Source of the DNA: Eledone cirrhosa
Lineage: Eukaryota
Reading direction: 5' to 3'
Assembly (NCBI GenBank): GCA_964016885.1
Contig: OZ024748.1
Span: forward strand, 39,184,001-39,248,000
DNA length: 64,000 nt
Under the pieces are notes generated by a model. It was not told the DNA's origin. It made no database searches and was given only the letters and a program-made list of their open reading frames with translations. Shown here piece by piece: positions 25,801 through 41,400 of the stretch. The translations under genes were made by a program, and so were the position numbers. Numbering within the stretch: position 1 is the stretch's first letter; each line of letters begins with the position of its first letter.

Positions 25801-28800
25801 TTAACCCTTTCATTACCATATTTCTAATGAAAGACACTGTCTATTTCATTAAACCTTTCATTACCATATTTCTAATGAAAGACACTGTCTATTTCATTAA
25901 CCCTTTCATTACCATATTTCTAATGAAAGACACTGTCTATGTCAGTAACCCTTTCATTACCATATTTCTAATGAAAGACACTGTCTATGTCATTAACCCT
26001 TTCATTACCATATTTCTAATGAAAGACACTGTCTATTTCATTAACCCTTTCATTACCATATTTCTAATGAAAGACACTGTCTATGTCATTAACACTTTCA
26101 TTACCATATTTCTAATGAAAGTCACTGTCTATGTCATTAACCCTTTCATTACCATATTTCTAATGAAAGTCACTGTCTATGTCATTAACCCTTTCATTAC
26201 CATATTTCTAATGAAAGTCACTGTCTATGTCATTAACCCTTTCATTACCATATTTCTAATGAAAGACACTGTCTATGTCATTAACCTTTTCATTACCATA
26301 TTTCTAATGAAAGTCACTGTCTATGTCATTAACCCTTTCATTACCATATTTCTAATGAAAGTCACTGTCTATGTCATTAACCCTTTCATTACCATATTTC
26401 TAATGAAAGTCACTGTCTATTTCATTAACCCTTTCATTACCATATTTCTAATGAAAGACACTGTCTATTTCATTAACCCTTTCATTACCATATTTCTAAT
26501 GAAAGACACTGTCTATGTCATTAACTCTTTCATTACCATATTTCAAATGAAAGACACTGTCTATGTCATTAACCCTTTCATTACCATATTTTTAATGAAA
26601 GTCACTGTCTATGTCATTAACACTTTCATTACCATATTTCTAATGAAAGACACTGTCTATGTCAGTAACCCTTTCATTACCATATTTCTAATGAAAGTCA
26701 CTGTCTATGTCATTAACCCTTTCATTACCATATTTCTAATGAAAGTCACTGTCTATGTCATTAACCCTTTCATTACCATATTTCTAATGAAAGACACTGT
26801 CTATGTCATTAACCCTTTCATTACCATATTTCTAATGAAAGTCACTGTCTATGTCATTGACCCTTTCATTACCATATTTCTAATGAAAGTCACTGTCTAT
26901 GTCATTAACCCTTTCATTACCATATTTCTAATGAAAGTCACTGTCTATTTCATTAACCTTTCATTACCATATTTCTAATGAAAGACACTGTCTATGTGAT
27001 TAACCCTTTCATTACCATATATCTAATGAAAGTCACTGTCTATGTCATTAACCCTTTCATTACCATATTTCTAATGAAAGACACTGTCTATGTCATTAAC
27101 CCTTTCATTACCATATTTCTAATAAACGTCACTGTCTATGTCATTAACCCTTTCATTACCATATTTCTAATGAAAGTCACTGTCTATGTCATTAACCCTT
27201 TCATTACCATATTTCTAATGAAAGACACATTCTATGTCATTAATCCTTTCATTACCATATTTCTAATGAAAGTCACTGTCTATGTCATTAACCCTTTCAT
27301 TACCATATTTCTAATGAAAGTCACTGTCTATGTCATTAACCCTTTCATTACCATATTTCTAATGAAAGTCACTGTCTATGTCATTAACCCTTTCATTACC
27401 ATATTTCTAATGAAAGACACAGTCTATGTCATTAATCCTTTCATTACCATATTTCTAATGAAAGACACTGTCTATGTCATTAACCCTTTCATTACCATAT
27501 TTCTAATGAAAGTCACTGTCTATGTCATTAACCCTTTCATTACCATATTTCTAATGAAAGACACTGTCTATGTCATTAACCCTTTCATTAACATATTTCT
27601 CACAAAAGACACTGCCTATGTCCATATTACCATATATCTAATGAAAGACACTGTCTATGTCATTAACTCTTTCATTACCATATTTCTAATGAAAGACACT
27701 GTCTATTTCATTAACCCTTTCATTACCATATTTCTAATGAAAGACACTGCCAATGTCATTAACCCTTTCATTACCATATTTCTGACACTGTCTATGTCAT
27801 TAACCCTTTCATCATCATATTTCTAATAAAAGACACTGTTTATGTCATTAACCCTATCATTACCTTATTTCTAATGAAAGACACTGTCTATGTCATTAAC
27901 CCTGTCATTACCATATTTCTAATGAAAGACACTGCCGATGTCATTAACCCTTTCATTACCATATTTCTGAGACTGTCTATTTCATTAACCCTTTCATTAC
28001 CATATTTCTAATGAAAGACACTGTCTATGTCATTAACCCTTTCATTACCATATTTCTAATGAAAGACACTGTCTATTTCATTAACCCTTTCATTACCATA
28101 TTTCTAATGAAAGACACTGTCTATTTCATTAAACCTTTCATTACCATATTTCTAATGAAAGACACTGTCTATTTCATTAACCCTTTCATTACCATATTTC
28201 TAATGAAAGACACTGTCTATGTCCGTAACCCTTTCATTACCATATTTCTAATGAAAGACACTGTCTATTTCATTAACCCTTTCATTACCATATTTCTAAT
28301 GAAAGACACTGTCTATGTCATTAACCCTTTCATTACCATATTTCTAATGAAAGACACTGTCTATTTCATTAACCCTTTCATTACCATTTTTCTAATGAAA
28401 GACACTGTCTATTTCATTAAACCTTTCATTACCATATTTCTAATGAAAGACACTGTCTATTTCATTAACCCTTTCATTACCATATTTCTAATGAAAGACA
28501 CTGTCTATGTCAGTAACCCTTTCATTACCATATTTCTAATGAAAGACACTGTCTATGTCATTAACCCTTTCATTACCATATTTCTAATGAAAGACACTGT
28601 CTATTTCATTAACCCTTTCATTACCATATTTCTAATGAAAGACACTGTCTATGTCATTAACACTTTCATTACCATATTTCTAATGAAAGTCACTGTCTAT
28701 GTCATTAACCCTTTCATTACCGTATTTCTAATGAAAGTCACTGTCTATGTCATTAACCCTTTCATTACCATATTTCTAATGAAAGTCACTGTCTATGTCA

Positions 28801-29299
28801 TTAACCCTTTCATTACCAAATTTCTAATGAAAGACACTGTCTATGTCATTAACCTTTTCATTACCATATTTCTAATGAAAGTCACTGTCTATGTCATTAA
28901 CCCTTTCATTACCATATTTCTAATGAAAGTCACTGTCTATGTCATTAACCCTTTCATTACCATATTTCTAATGAAAGTCACTGTCTATTTCATTAACCCT
29001 TTCATTACCATAGTTCTAATGAAAGACACTGTCTATGTGATTAACCCTTTCATTACCATATTTCTAATGAAAGTCACTGTCTATGTCATTAACCCTTTCA
29101 TTACCATATTTCTAATGAAAGACACTGTCTATGTCATTAACCCTTTCATTACCATATTTCTAATAAACGTCACTGTCTATGTCATTAACCCTTTCATTAC
29201 CATATTTCTAATGAAAGTCACTGTCTATGTCATTAACCCTTTCATTACCATATTTCTAATGAAAGACACATTCTATGTCATTAATCCTTTCATTACCAT

Positions 29300-32200
29300 A
29301 TTTCTAATGGAAGTCACTGTCTATGTCATTAACCCTGTCATTACCATATTTCTTTATGAAAGTTACTGTCTATGTCACTAACCCTGTCATTACCATATTT
29401 CTAATGAAAGTCACTGTCTATGTCATTAACCCTTTCATTACCATATTTCTAATGAAAGACACTGTCTATGTCATTAACCCTTTCATTACCATATTTCTAA
29501 TGAAAGACACTGTCTATTTCATTAACCCTTTCATTACCATATTTCTAATGAAAGACACTGTCTATTTCATTAAACCTTTCATTACCATATTTCTAATGAA
29601 AGACACTGTCTATGTCATTAACCCTTTCATTACCATATTTCTAATGAAAGACACTGTCTATTTCATTAACCCTTTCATTTCCATATTTCTAATGAAAGAC
29701 ACTGTCTATTTCATTAACCCTTTCATTACCATATTTCTAATGAAAGACACTGTCTATTTCATTAAACCTTTCATTACCATATTTCTAATGAAAGACACTG
29801 TCTATTTCATTAACCCTTTCATTACCATATTTCTAATGAAAGACACTGTCTATTTCATTAACCCTTTCATTACCATATTTCTAATGAAAGACACTGTCTA
29901 TTTCATTAAACCTTTCATTACCATATTTCTAATGAAAGACACTGTCTATGTCATTAACCCTTTCATTACCATATTTCTAATGAAAGACACTGTCTATGTC
30001 ATTAACCCTCTCATTACCATATTTCTAATGAAAGACACTGTCTATGTCATTAACCCTTTCATTACCATATTTCTAATGAAAGACACTGTCTATGTCATTA
30101 ACCCTTTCATTACCATATTTCTAATGAAATACACTGTCTATGTCATTAACCCTTTCATTACCATATTTCTAATGAAAGACACTGTCTATGTCATTAACCC
30201 TTTCATTACCATATTTCTAATGAACGTCACTGTCTATGTCATTAACACTTTCATTACCATATTTCTAATGAAAGTCACTGTCTATGTCATTAACCCTTTC
30301 ATTACCATATTTCTAATGAAAGTCACTGTCTATGTCATTAACCCTTTCATTACCATATTTCTAATGAAAGTCACTGTCTATGTCATTAACCCTTTCATTA
30401 CCATATTTCTAATGAAAGACACTGTCTATGTCATTAAGCCTTTCATTACCATATTTCTAATGAAAGTCACTGTCTATGTCATTAAGCCTTTCATTGCCAT
30501 ATTTCTAATGAAAGTCACTGTCTATGTCATTAACCCTTTCATTACCATATTTCTAATGAAAGTCACTGTCTATTTCATTAACCCTTTCATTACCATATTT
30601 CTAATGAAAGGCACTGTCTATGTCATTAACCCTTTCATTACCATATTTCTAATGAAAGTCACTGTCTATGTCATTAACCCTTTCATTTCCATATTTCTAA
30701 TGAAAGACACTGTCTATGTCATTAACCCTTTCATTACCATATTTCTAATAAAAGTCACTGTCTATGTCATTAACCCTTTCATTACCATATTTCTAATGAA
30801 AGTCACTGTCTATGTCATTAACCCTTTCATTACCATATCTCCAATGAAAGACACATTCTATGTCATTAATCCTTTCATTACCATATTTCTAATAGAAGTC
30901 ACTGTCTATGTCATTAACCCTTTCATTACCATATTTCTAATGAAAGTCACTGTCTATGTCATTAACCCTTTCATTACCATATTTCTAATGAAAGACACAT
31001 TCTATGTCATTAATCCATTCATTACCATATTTCTAATGGAAGTCACTGTCTATGTCATTAACCCTTTCATTACCATATTTCTAATGAAAGACACTGTCTA
31101 TGTCATTAACCCTGTCATTACCATATTTCTTTATGAAAGTTACTGTCTATGTCACTAACCCTGTCATTACCATATTTCTAATGAAAGTCACTGTCTATGT
31201 CATTAACCCTTTCATTACCATATTTCTAATGAAAGACACTGTCTATGTCATTAACCCTTTCATTACCATATTTCTAATGAAAGACACTGTCTATGCAATT
31301 AACCCTTTCATTAACATATTTCTCACAAAAGCCACTGTTTATGTCATTGACCATTTCATTACCATATTTCTAATGAAAGACATTGTCTATGTCAATAACA
31401 CATTCATTACCATATTTCTAATGAAAGACACTGCCTATGTCATTAAAACTTTCATTACCATATTTCTAATGAAAGACACTGTCTATGTCATTAACCCTGT
31501 CACTACTATATTTCTAATGAAAGACACTGCCTATGTCATTAACCCTTTCATTACCATATTTCTTATGAAAGACACTGTCTATGTCATTAACCCTTTATTA
31601 TCATATTTCTAATGAAAGGCACTGTCTATGTCATTAACCCTTTATTATCATATTTCTAATGAAAGACACTGTCTATGTCATTAACCCTTTCATTAACATA
31701 TTTCTCACAAAAGACACTGCCTATGTCCATATTACCATATATCTAATGAAAGACACTGTCTATGTCATTAACTCTTTCATTACCATATTTCTAATGAAAG
31801 ACACTGCCAATGTCATTAACCCTTTCATTACCATATTTCTGACACTGTCTATGTCATTAACCCTTTCATCATCATATTTCTAATAAAAAAAAATGTTTAT
31901 GTCATTAACCCTATCATTACCTTATTTCTAATGAAAGACACTGTCTATGTCGTTAACCCTGTCATTACCATATTTCTAATGAAAGACACTGCCGATGTCA
32001 TTAACCCTTTCATTACCATATTTCTAATGAAAGACACTGTCTATTTCATTAACCCTTTCATTACCATATTTCTAATGAAAGACACTGTCTATTTCATTAA
32101 CCCTTTCATTACCATATTTCTAATGAAAGACACTGTCTATTTCATTAACCCTTTCATTACTATATTTCTAATGAAAGACACTGTCTATTTCATTAACCAT

Positions 32201-35200
32201 TTCATTACCATATTTCTAATGAAAGACACTGTCTATTTCATTAACCCTTTCATTACCATATTTCTAATGAAAGACACTGTCTATTTCATTAAACCTTTCA
32301 TTACCATATTTCTAATGAAAGACACTGTCTATGTCATTAACCCTTTCATTACGATATTTCTAATGAAAGACACTGTCTCTGTCATTAACCCTTTCATTAC
32401 CATATTTCTAATGAAAGACACTGTCTATTTCATTAACCCTTTCATTACCATATTTCTAATGAAAGACACTGTCTATTTCATTAAACCTTTCATTACCATA
32501 TTTCTAATGAAAGACACTGTCTATGTCATTAACCCTTTCATTACCATATTTCTAATGAAAGACACTGTCTATGTCATTAACCCTTTCATTACCATATTTC
32601 TAATGAAAGTCACTGTCTATGTCATTAACACTTTCATTACCATATTTCTAATGAACGTCACTGTCTATGTCATTAGCACTTTCATTACCATATTTCTAAT
32701 GAACGTCACTGTCTATGTCATTAACCCTTTCATTACCATATGTCTAATGAAAGTCACTGTCTATGTCATTAACCCTTTCATTACCATATTTCTAATGAAA
32801 TCACTGTCTATGTCATTAACCCTTTCATTACCATATTTCTAATGAAAGTCACTGTCTATGTCATTAACCTTTCATTACCATATTTCTAATGAAAGTCACT
32901 GTCTATGTCATTAAGCCTTTCATTGCCATATTTCTAATGAAAGTCACTGTCTATGTCATTAACCCTTTCATTACCATATTTCTAATGAAAGTCACTGTCT
33001 ATTTCATTAACCCTTTCATTACCATATTTCTAATGAAATCACTGTCTATGTCATTAACCCTTTCATTACCATATTTCTAATGAAAGACACTGTCTATGTC
33101 ATTAACCCTTTCATTACCATATTTCTAATGAAAGTCACTGTCTATGTCATTAACCCTTTCATTACCATATTTCTAATGAAAGACACATTCTATGTCATTA
33201 ATCCTTTCATTACCATATTTCTAATGGAAGTCACTGTCTATGTCATTAACCCTTTCATTACCATATTTCTAATGAAAGTCACTGTCTATGTCATTAACCT
33301 TTCATTACCATATTTCTAATGAAAGTCACTGTCTATGTCATTAAGCCTTTCATTGCCATATTTCTAATGAAAGTCACTGTCTATGTCATTAATCCTTTCA
33401 TTACCATATTTCTAATGGAAGTCACTGTCTATGTCATTAACCCTTTCATTACCATATTTCTAATGAAAGACACTGTCTATGTGATCAACCCTGTCATTAC
33501 CATATTTCTTTATGAAAGTTACTGTCTATGTCACTAACCCTGTCATTACCATATTTCTAATGAAAGTCACTGTCTATGTCATTAACCCTTTCATTACCAT
33601 ATTTCTAATGAAAGACACTGTCTATGTCATTAACCCTTTCATTACCATATTTCTAATGAAAGACACTGTCTATGCACTTAACCCTTTCATTAACATATTT
33701 CTCACAAAAGCCACTGTTTATGTCATTGACCATTTCATTACCATATTTCTAATGAAAGACATTGTCTATGTCAATAACACATTCATTACCATATTTCTAA
33801 TGAAAGACACTGCCTATGTCCTTAAAACTTTCATTACCATATTTCTAATGAAAGACACTGTCTATGTCATTAACCCTGTCACTACTATATTTCTAATGAA
33901 AGACACTGCCTATGTCATTAACCCTTTCATTACCATATTTCTTATGAAAGACACTGTCTATGTCATTAACCCTTTATTATCATATTTCTAATGAAAGGCA
34001 CTGTCTATGTCATTAACCCTTTATTATCATATTTCTAATGAAAGACACTGTCTATGTCATTAACCCTTTCATTAACATATTTCTCACAAAAGACACTGCC
34101 TATGTCCATATTACCATATATCTAATGAAAGACACTGTCTATGTCATTAACTCTTTCATTACCATATTTCTAATGAAAGACACTGTCTATTTCATTAACC
34201 CTTTCATTACCATATTTCTAATGAACGACACTGCCAATGTCATTAACCCTTTCATTACCATATTTCTGACACTGTCTATGTCATTAACCCTTTCATCATC
34301 ATATTTCTAATAAAAAAAAATGTTTATGTCATTAACCCTATCATTACCTTATTTCTAATGAAAGACACTGTCTATGTCGTTAACCCTGTCATTACCATAT
34401 TTCTAATGAAAGACACTGCCGATGTCATTAACCCTTTCATTACCATATTTCTAATGAAAGACACTGTCTATTTCATTAACCCTTTCATTACCATATTTCT
34501 AATGAAAGACACTGTCTATTTCATTAACCCTTTCATTACCATATTTCTAATGAAAGACACTGTCTATTTCATTAACCCTTTCATTACTATATTTCTAATG
34601 AAAGACACTGTCTATTTCATTAACCATTTCATTACCATATTTCTAATGAAAGACACTGTCTATTTCATTAACCCTTTCATTACCATATTTCTAATGAAAG
34701 ACACTGTCTATTTCATTAAACCTTTCATTACCATATTTCTAATGAAAGACACTGTCTATGTCATTAACCCTTTCATTACCATATTTCTAATGAAAGACAC
34801 TGTCTATGTCATTAACCCTTTCATTACCATATTTCTAATGAAAGTCACTGTCTATGTCATTAACACTTTCATTACCATATTTCTAATGAACGTCACTGTC
34901 TATGTCATTAACACTTTCATTACCATATTTCTAATGAACGTCACTGTCTATGTCATTAACCCTTTCATTACCATATGTCTAATGAAAGTCACTGTCTATG
35001 TCATTAACCCTTTCATTACCATATTTCTAATGAAATCACTGTCTATGTCATTAACCCTTTCATTACCATATTTCTAATGAAAGTCACTGTCTATGTCATT
35101 AACCTTTCATTACCATATTTCTAATGAAAGTCACTGTCTATTTCATTAACCCTTTCATTACCATATTTCTAATGAAATCACTGTCTATGTCATTAACCCT

Positions 35201-38200
35201 TTCATTACCATATTTCTAATGAAAGACACTGTCTATGTCATTAACCCTTTCATTACCATATTTCTAATGAAAGTCACTGTCTATGTCATTAACCCTTTCA
35301 TTACCATATTTCTAATGAAAGACACATTCTATGTCATTAATCCTTTCATTACCATATTTCTAATGGAAGTCACTGTCTATGTCATTAACCCTTTCATTAC
35401 CATATTTCTAATGAAAGTCACTGTCTATGTCATTAACCTTTCATTACCATATTTCTAATGAAAGTCACTGTCTATGTCATTAAGCCTTTCATTGCCATAT
35501 TTCTAATGAAAGTCACTGTCTATGTCATTAATCCTTTCATTACCATATTTCTAATGGAAGTCACTGTCTATGTCATTAACCCTTTCATTACCATATTTCT
35601 AATGAAAGTCACTGTCTATGTGATCAACCCTGTCATTACCATATTTCTTTATGAAAGTTACTGTCTATGTCACTAACCCTGTCATTACCATATTTCTAAT
35701 GAAAGACACTGTCTATGTCATTAACCCTTTCATTACCATATTTCTAATGAAAGACACTGTCTATGCACTTAACCCTTTCATTAACATATTTCTCACAAAA
35801 GCCACTGTTTATGTCATTGACCATTTCATTACCATATTTCTAATGAAAGACATTGTCTATGTCAATAACACATTCATTACCATATTTCTAATGAAAGACA
35901 CTGCCTATGTCCTTAAAACTTTCATTACCATATTTCTAATGAAAGACACTGTCTATGTCATTAACCCTGTCACTACTATATTTCTAATGAAAGACACTGC
36001 CTATGTCATTAACCCTTTCATTACCATATTTCTTATGAAAGACACTGTCTATGTCATTAACCCTTTATTATCATATTTCTAATGAAAGGCACTGTCTATG
36101 TCATTAACCCTTTATTATCATATTTCTAATGAAAGACACTGTCTATGTCATTAACCCTTTCATTAACATATTTCTCACAAAAGACACTGCCTATGTCCAT
36201 ATTACCATATATCTAATGAAAGACACTGTCTATGTCATTAACTCTTTCATTACCATATTTCTAATGAAAGACACTGTCTATTTCATTAACCCTTTCATTA
36301 CCATATTTCTAATGAACGACACTGCCAATGTCATTAACCCTTTCATTACCATATATCTGACACTGTCTATGTCATTAACCCTTTCATCATCATATTTCTA
36401 ATAAAAAAAAATGTTTATGTCATTAACCCTATCATTACCTTATTTCTAATGAAAGACACTGTCTATGTCGTTAACCCTGTCATTACCATATTTCTAATGA
36501 AAGACACTGCCGATGTCATTAACCCTTTCATTACCATATTTCTAATGAAAGACACTGTCTATTTCATTAACCCTTTCATTACCATATTTCTAATGAAAGA
36601 CACTGTCTATTTCATTAACCCTTTCATTACCATATTTCTAATGAAAGACACTGTCTATTTCATTAACCCTTTCATTACTATATTTCTAATGAAAGACACT
36701 GTCTATTTCATTAACCATTTCATTACCATATTTCTAATGAAAGACACTGTCTATTTCATTAACCCTTTCATTACCATATTTCTAATGAAAGACACTGTCT
36801 ATTTCATTAACCATTTCATTACCATATTTCTAATGAAAGACACTGTCTATTTCATTAACCCTTTCATTACCATATTTCTAATGAAAGACACTGTCTATTT
36901 CATTAAACCTTTCATTACCATATTTCTAATGAAAGACACTGTCTATGTCATTAACCCTTTCATTACCATATTTCTAATGAAAGACACTGTCTATGTCATT
37001 AACCCTTTCATTACCATATTTCTAATGAAAGTCACTGTCTATGTCATTAACCCTTTCATTACCATATCTCTAATGAAAGACACTGTCTATGTCATTAACC
37101 CTTTCATTACCATATGTCTAATGAAAGTCACTGTCTATGTCATTAACCCTTTCATTACCATATTTCTAATGAAATCACTGTCTATGTCATTAACCCTTTC
37201 ATTACCATATTTCTAATGAAAGTCACTGTCTATGTCATTAACCTTTCATTACCATATTTCTAATGAAAGTCACTGTCTATGTCATTAAGCCTTTCATTGC
37301 CATATTTCTAATGAAAGTCACTGTCTATGTCATTAACCCTTTCATTACCATATTTCTAATGAAAGTCACTGTCTATTTCATTAACCCTTTCATTACCATA
37401 TTTCTAATGAAATCACTGTCTATGTCATTAACCCTTTCATTACCATATTTCTAATGAAAGACACTGTCTATGTCATTAACCCTTTCATTACCATATTTCT
37501 AATGAAAGTCACTGTCTATGTCATTAACCCTTTCATTACCATATTTCTAATGAAAGACACATTCTATGTCATTAATCCTTTCATTACCATATTTCTAATG
37601 GAAGTCACTGTCTATGTCATTAACCCTTTCATTACCATATTTCTAATGAAAGTCACTGTCTATGTCATTAACCTTTCATTACCATATTTCTAATGAAAGT
37701 CACTGTCTATGTCATTAAGCCTTTCATTGCCATATTTCTAATGAAAGTCACTGTCTATGTCATTAATCCTTTCATTACCATATTTCTAATGGAAGTCACT
37801 GTCTATGTCATTAACCCTTTCATTACCATATTTCTAATGAAAGACACTGTCTATGTGATCAACCCTGTCAGTACCATATTTCTTTATGAAAGTTACTGTC
37901 TATGTCACTAACCCTGTCATTACCATATTTCTAATGAAAGTCACTGTCTATGTCATTAACCCTTTCATTACCATATTTCTAATGAAAGACACTGTCTATG
38001 TCATTAACCCTTTCATTACCATATTTCTAATGAAAGACACTGTCTATGCACTTAACCCTTTCATTAACATATTTCTCACAAAAGCCACTGTTTATGTCAT
38101 TGACCATTTCATTACCATATTTCTAATGAAAGACATTGTCTATGTCAATAACACATTCATTACCATATTTCTAATGAAAGACACTGCCTATGTCATTAAA

Positions 38201-38400
38201 ACTTTCATTACCATATTTCTAATGAAAGACACTGTCTATGTCATTAACCCTGTCATTACTATATTTCTAATGAAAGACACTGCCTATGTCATTAACCCTT
38301 TCATTACCATATTTCTTATGAAAGACACTGTCTATGTCATTAACACTTTATTATCATATTTCTAATGAAAGGCACTGTCTATGTCATTAACCCTTTATTA
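29300..38400 (+). repeat. Sub-domain 2: higher-order unit of about 2.1-2.4 kb, about three copies
   Basis: Private markers are tttctttatgaaagttact (+1), taataaaaaaaaatgttt, gtcgttaac and atgaaatcact (-1). Cassette spacing 31659, 34038, 36129, 38412 gives periods of 2379, 2091 and 2283. Confidence 0.85.
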
Positions 38401-41400
38401 TCATATTTCTAATGAAAGACACTGTCTATGTCATTAACCCTTTCATTAACATATTTCTAACAAAAGACACTGCCTATGTCCATATTACCATATATCTAAT
38501 GAAAGACACTGTCTATGTCATTAACTCTTTCATTACCATATTTCTAATGAAAGACACTGTCTATTTCATTAACCCTTTCATTATCATATTTCTAATGAAA
38601 GACACTGCCAATGTCATTAACCCTTTCATTACCATATTTCTGACACTGACTATGTCATTAACCCTTTCATCATCATATTTCTAATAAAAGACACTGTTTA
38701 TGTCATTAACCCTATCATTACCTTAATTCTAATGAAAGACACTGTCTATGTCATTAACCCTGTCATTACCATATTTCTAATGAAAGACACTGCCGATGTC
38801 ATTAACCCTTTCATTACCATATTTCTGAGACTGTCTATTTCATTAACCCTTTCATTACCATATTTCTAATGAAAGACACTGTCTATGTCATTAACCCTTT
38901 CATTACCATATTTCTAATGAAAGACACTGTCTATTTCATTAACCCTTTCATTTCCATATTTCTAATGAAAGACACTGTCTATTTCATTAACCCTTTCATT
39001 ACCATATTTCTAATGAAAGACACTGTCTATTTCATTAAACCTTTCATTACCATATTTCTAATGAAAGACACTGTCTATGTCATTAACCCTTTCATTACCA
39101 TATTTCTAATGAAAGACACTGTCTATGTCATTAACCCTTTCATTACCATATTTTTAATGAAAGTCACTGTCTATGTCATTAACCCATTCATTACCATATT
39201 TCTAATGAAAGTCACTGTCTATGTCATTAACCCTTTCATTACCATATTTCTAATGAAAGTCACTGTCTATGTCATTAACCCTTTCATTACCATATTTCTA
39301 ATGAAAGTCACTGTCTATGTCATTAACCCTTTCATTACCATATTTCTAATGAAAGTCACTGTCTATGTCATTAACCCTTTCATTACCATATTTTTAATGA
39401 AAGTCACTGTCTATGTCATTAACCCTTTCATTACCATATTTCTAATGAAAGACACTGTCTATGTCATTAACCCTTTCATTACCATATTTTTAATGAAAGT
39501 CACTGTCTATGTCATTAACCCATTCATTACCATATTTCTAATGAAAGTCACTGTCTATGTCATTAACCCTTTCATTACCATATTTCTAATGAAAGTCACT
39601 GTCTATGTCATTAACCCTTTCATTACCATATTTCCAATGAAAGACAGTGTTTATGTCATTAACCCTTTCACTACCATATTTCTAATGAAAGTCACTGTCT
39701 ATGTCATTAACCCTTTCATTACCATATTTCTAATGAAAGTCACTGTCTATTTCATTAACCCTTTCATTACCATATTTCTAATGAAAGACACATTCTATGT
39801 CATTAATCCTTTCATTACCATATTTCTAATGAAAGACACTGTCTATGTCATTAACCCTTTCATTACCATATTTTTAATGAAAGTCACTGTCTATGTCATT
39901 AACCCTTTCATTACCATATTTCTAATGAAAGACACTGTCTATGTCATTAACCCTTTCATTACCATATTTTTAATGAAAGTCACTGTCTATGTCATTAACC
40001 CATTCATTACCATATTTCTAATGAAAGACACTGTCTATGTGATTAACCCTTTCATTACCATATTTCTAATGAAAGTCACTGTCTATGTCATTAACCCTTT
40101 CATTACCATATTTCTAATGAAAGACACTGTCTATGTCATTAACCCTTTCATTACCATATTTCTAATAAACGTCACTGTCTATGTCATTAACCCTTTCATT
40201 ACCATATTTCTAATGAAAGTCACTGTCTATGTCATTAACCCTTTCATTACCATATTTCTAATGAAAGACACATTCTATGTCATTAATCCTTTCATTACCA
40301 TATTTCTAATGAAAGACACTGTCTATGTCATTAACCCTTTCATTACCATATTTCTAATGAAAGTCACTGTCTATGTCATTAACCCTTTCATTACCATATT
40401 TCTAATGAAAGACACTGTCTATGTCATTAACCCTTTATTATCATATTTCTAATGAAAGACACTGTCTATGTCATTAACCCTTTCATTAACATATTTCTCA
40501 CAAAAGACACTGCCTATGTCCATATTACCATATATCTAATGAAAGACACTGTCTATGTCATTAACTCTTTCATTACCATATTTCTAATGAAAGACACTGT
40601 CTATTTCATTAACCCTTTCATTACCATATTTCTAATGAAAGACACTGCCAATGTCATTAACCCTTTCATTACCATATTTCTGACACTGTCTATGTCATTA
40701 ACCCTTTCATCATCATATTTCTAATAAAAGACACTGTTTATGTCATTAACCCTATCATTACCTTACTTCTAATGAAAGACACTGTCTATGTCATTAACCC
40801 TGTCATTACCATATTTCTAATGAAAGACACTGCCAATGTCATTAACCCTTTCATTACCATATTTCTGACACTGTCTATGTCATTAACCCTTTCATCATCA
40901 TATTTCTAATAAACGTCACTGTCTATGTCATTAACCCTTTCATTACCATATTTCTAATGAAAGTCACTGTCTATGTCATTAACCCTTTCATTACCATATT
41001 TCTAATGAAAGACACATTCTATGTCATTAATCCTTTCATTACCATATTTCTAATGAAAGTCACTGTCTATGTCATTAACCCTTTCATTACCATATTTCTA
41101 ATGAAAGTCACTGTCTATGTCATTAACCCTTTCATTACCATATTTCTAATGAAAGTCACTGTCTATGTCATTAACCCTTTCATTACCATATTTTTAATGA
41201 AAGTCACTGTCTATGTCATTAACCCTTTCATTACCATATTTCTAATGAAAGACACTGTCTATGTCATTAACCCTTTCATTACCATATTTTTAATGAAAGT
41301 CACTGTCTATGTCATTAACCCATTCATTACCATATTTCTAATGAAAGTCACTGTCTATGTCATTAACCCTTTCATTACCATATTTCTAATGAAAGTCACT

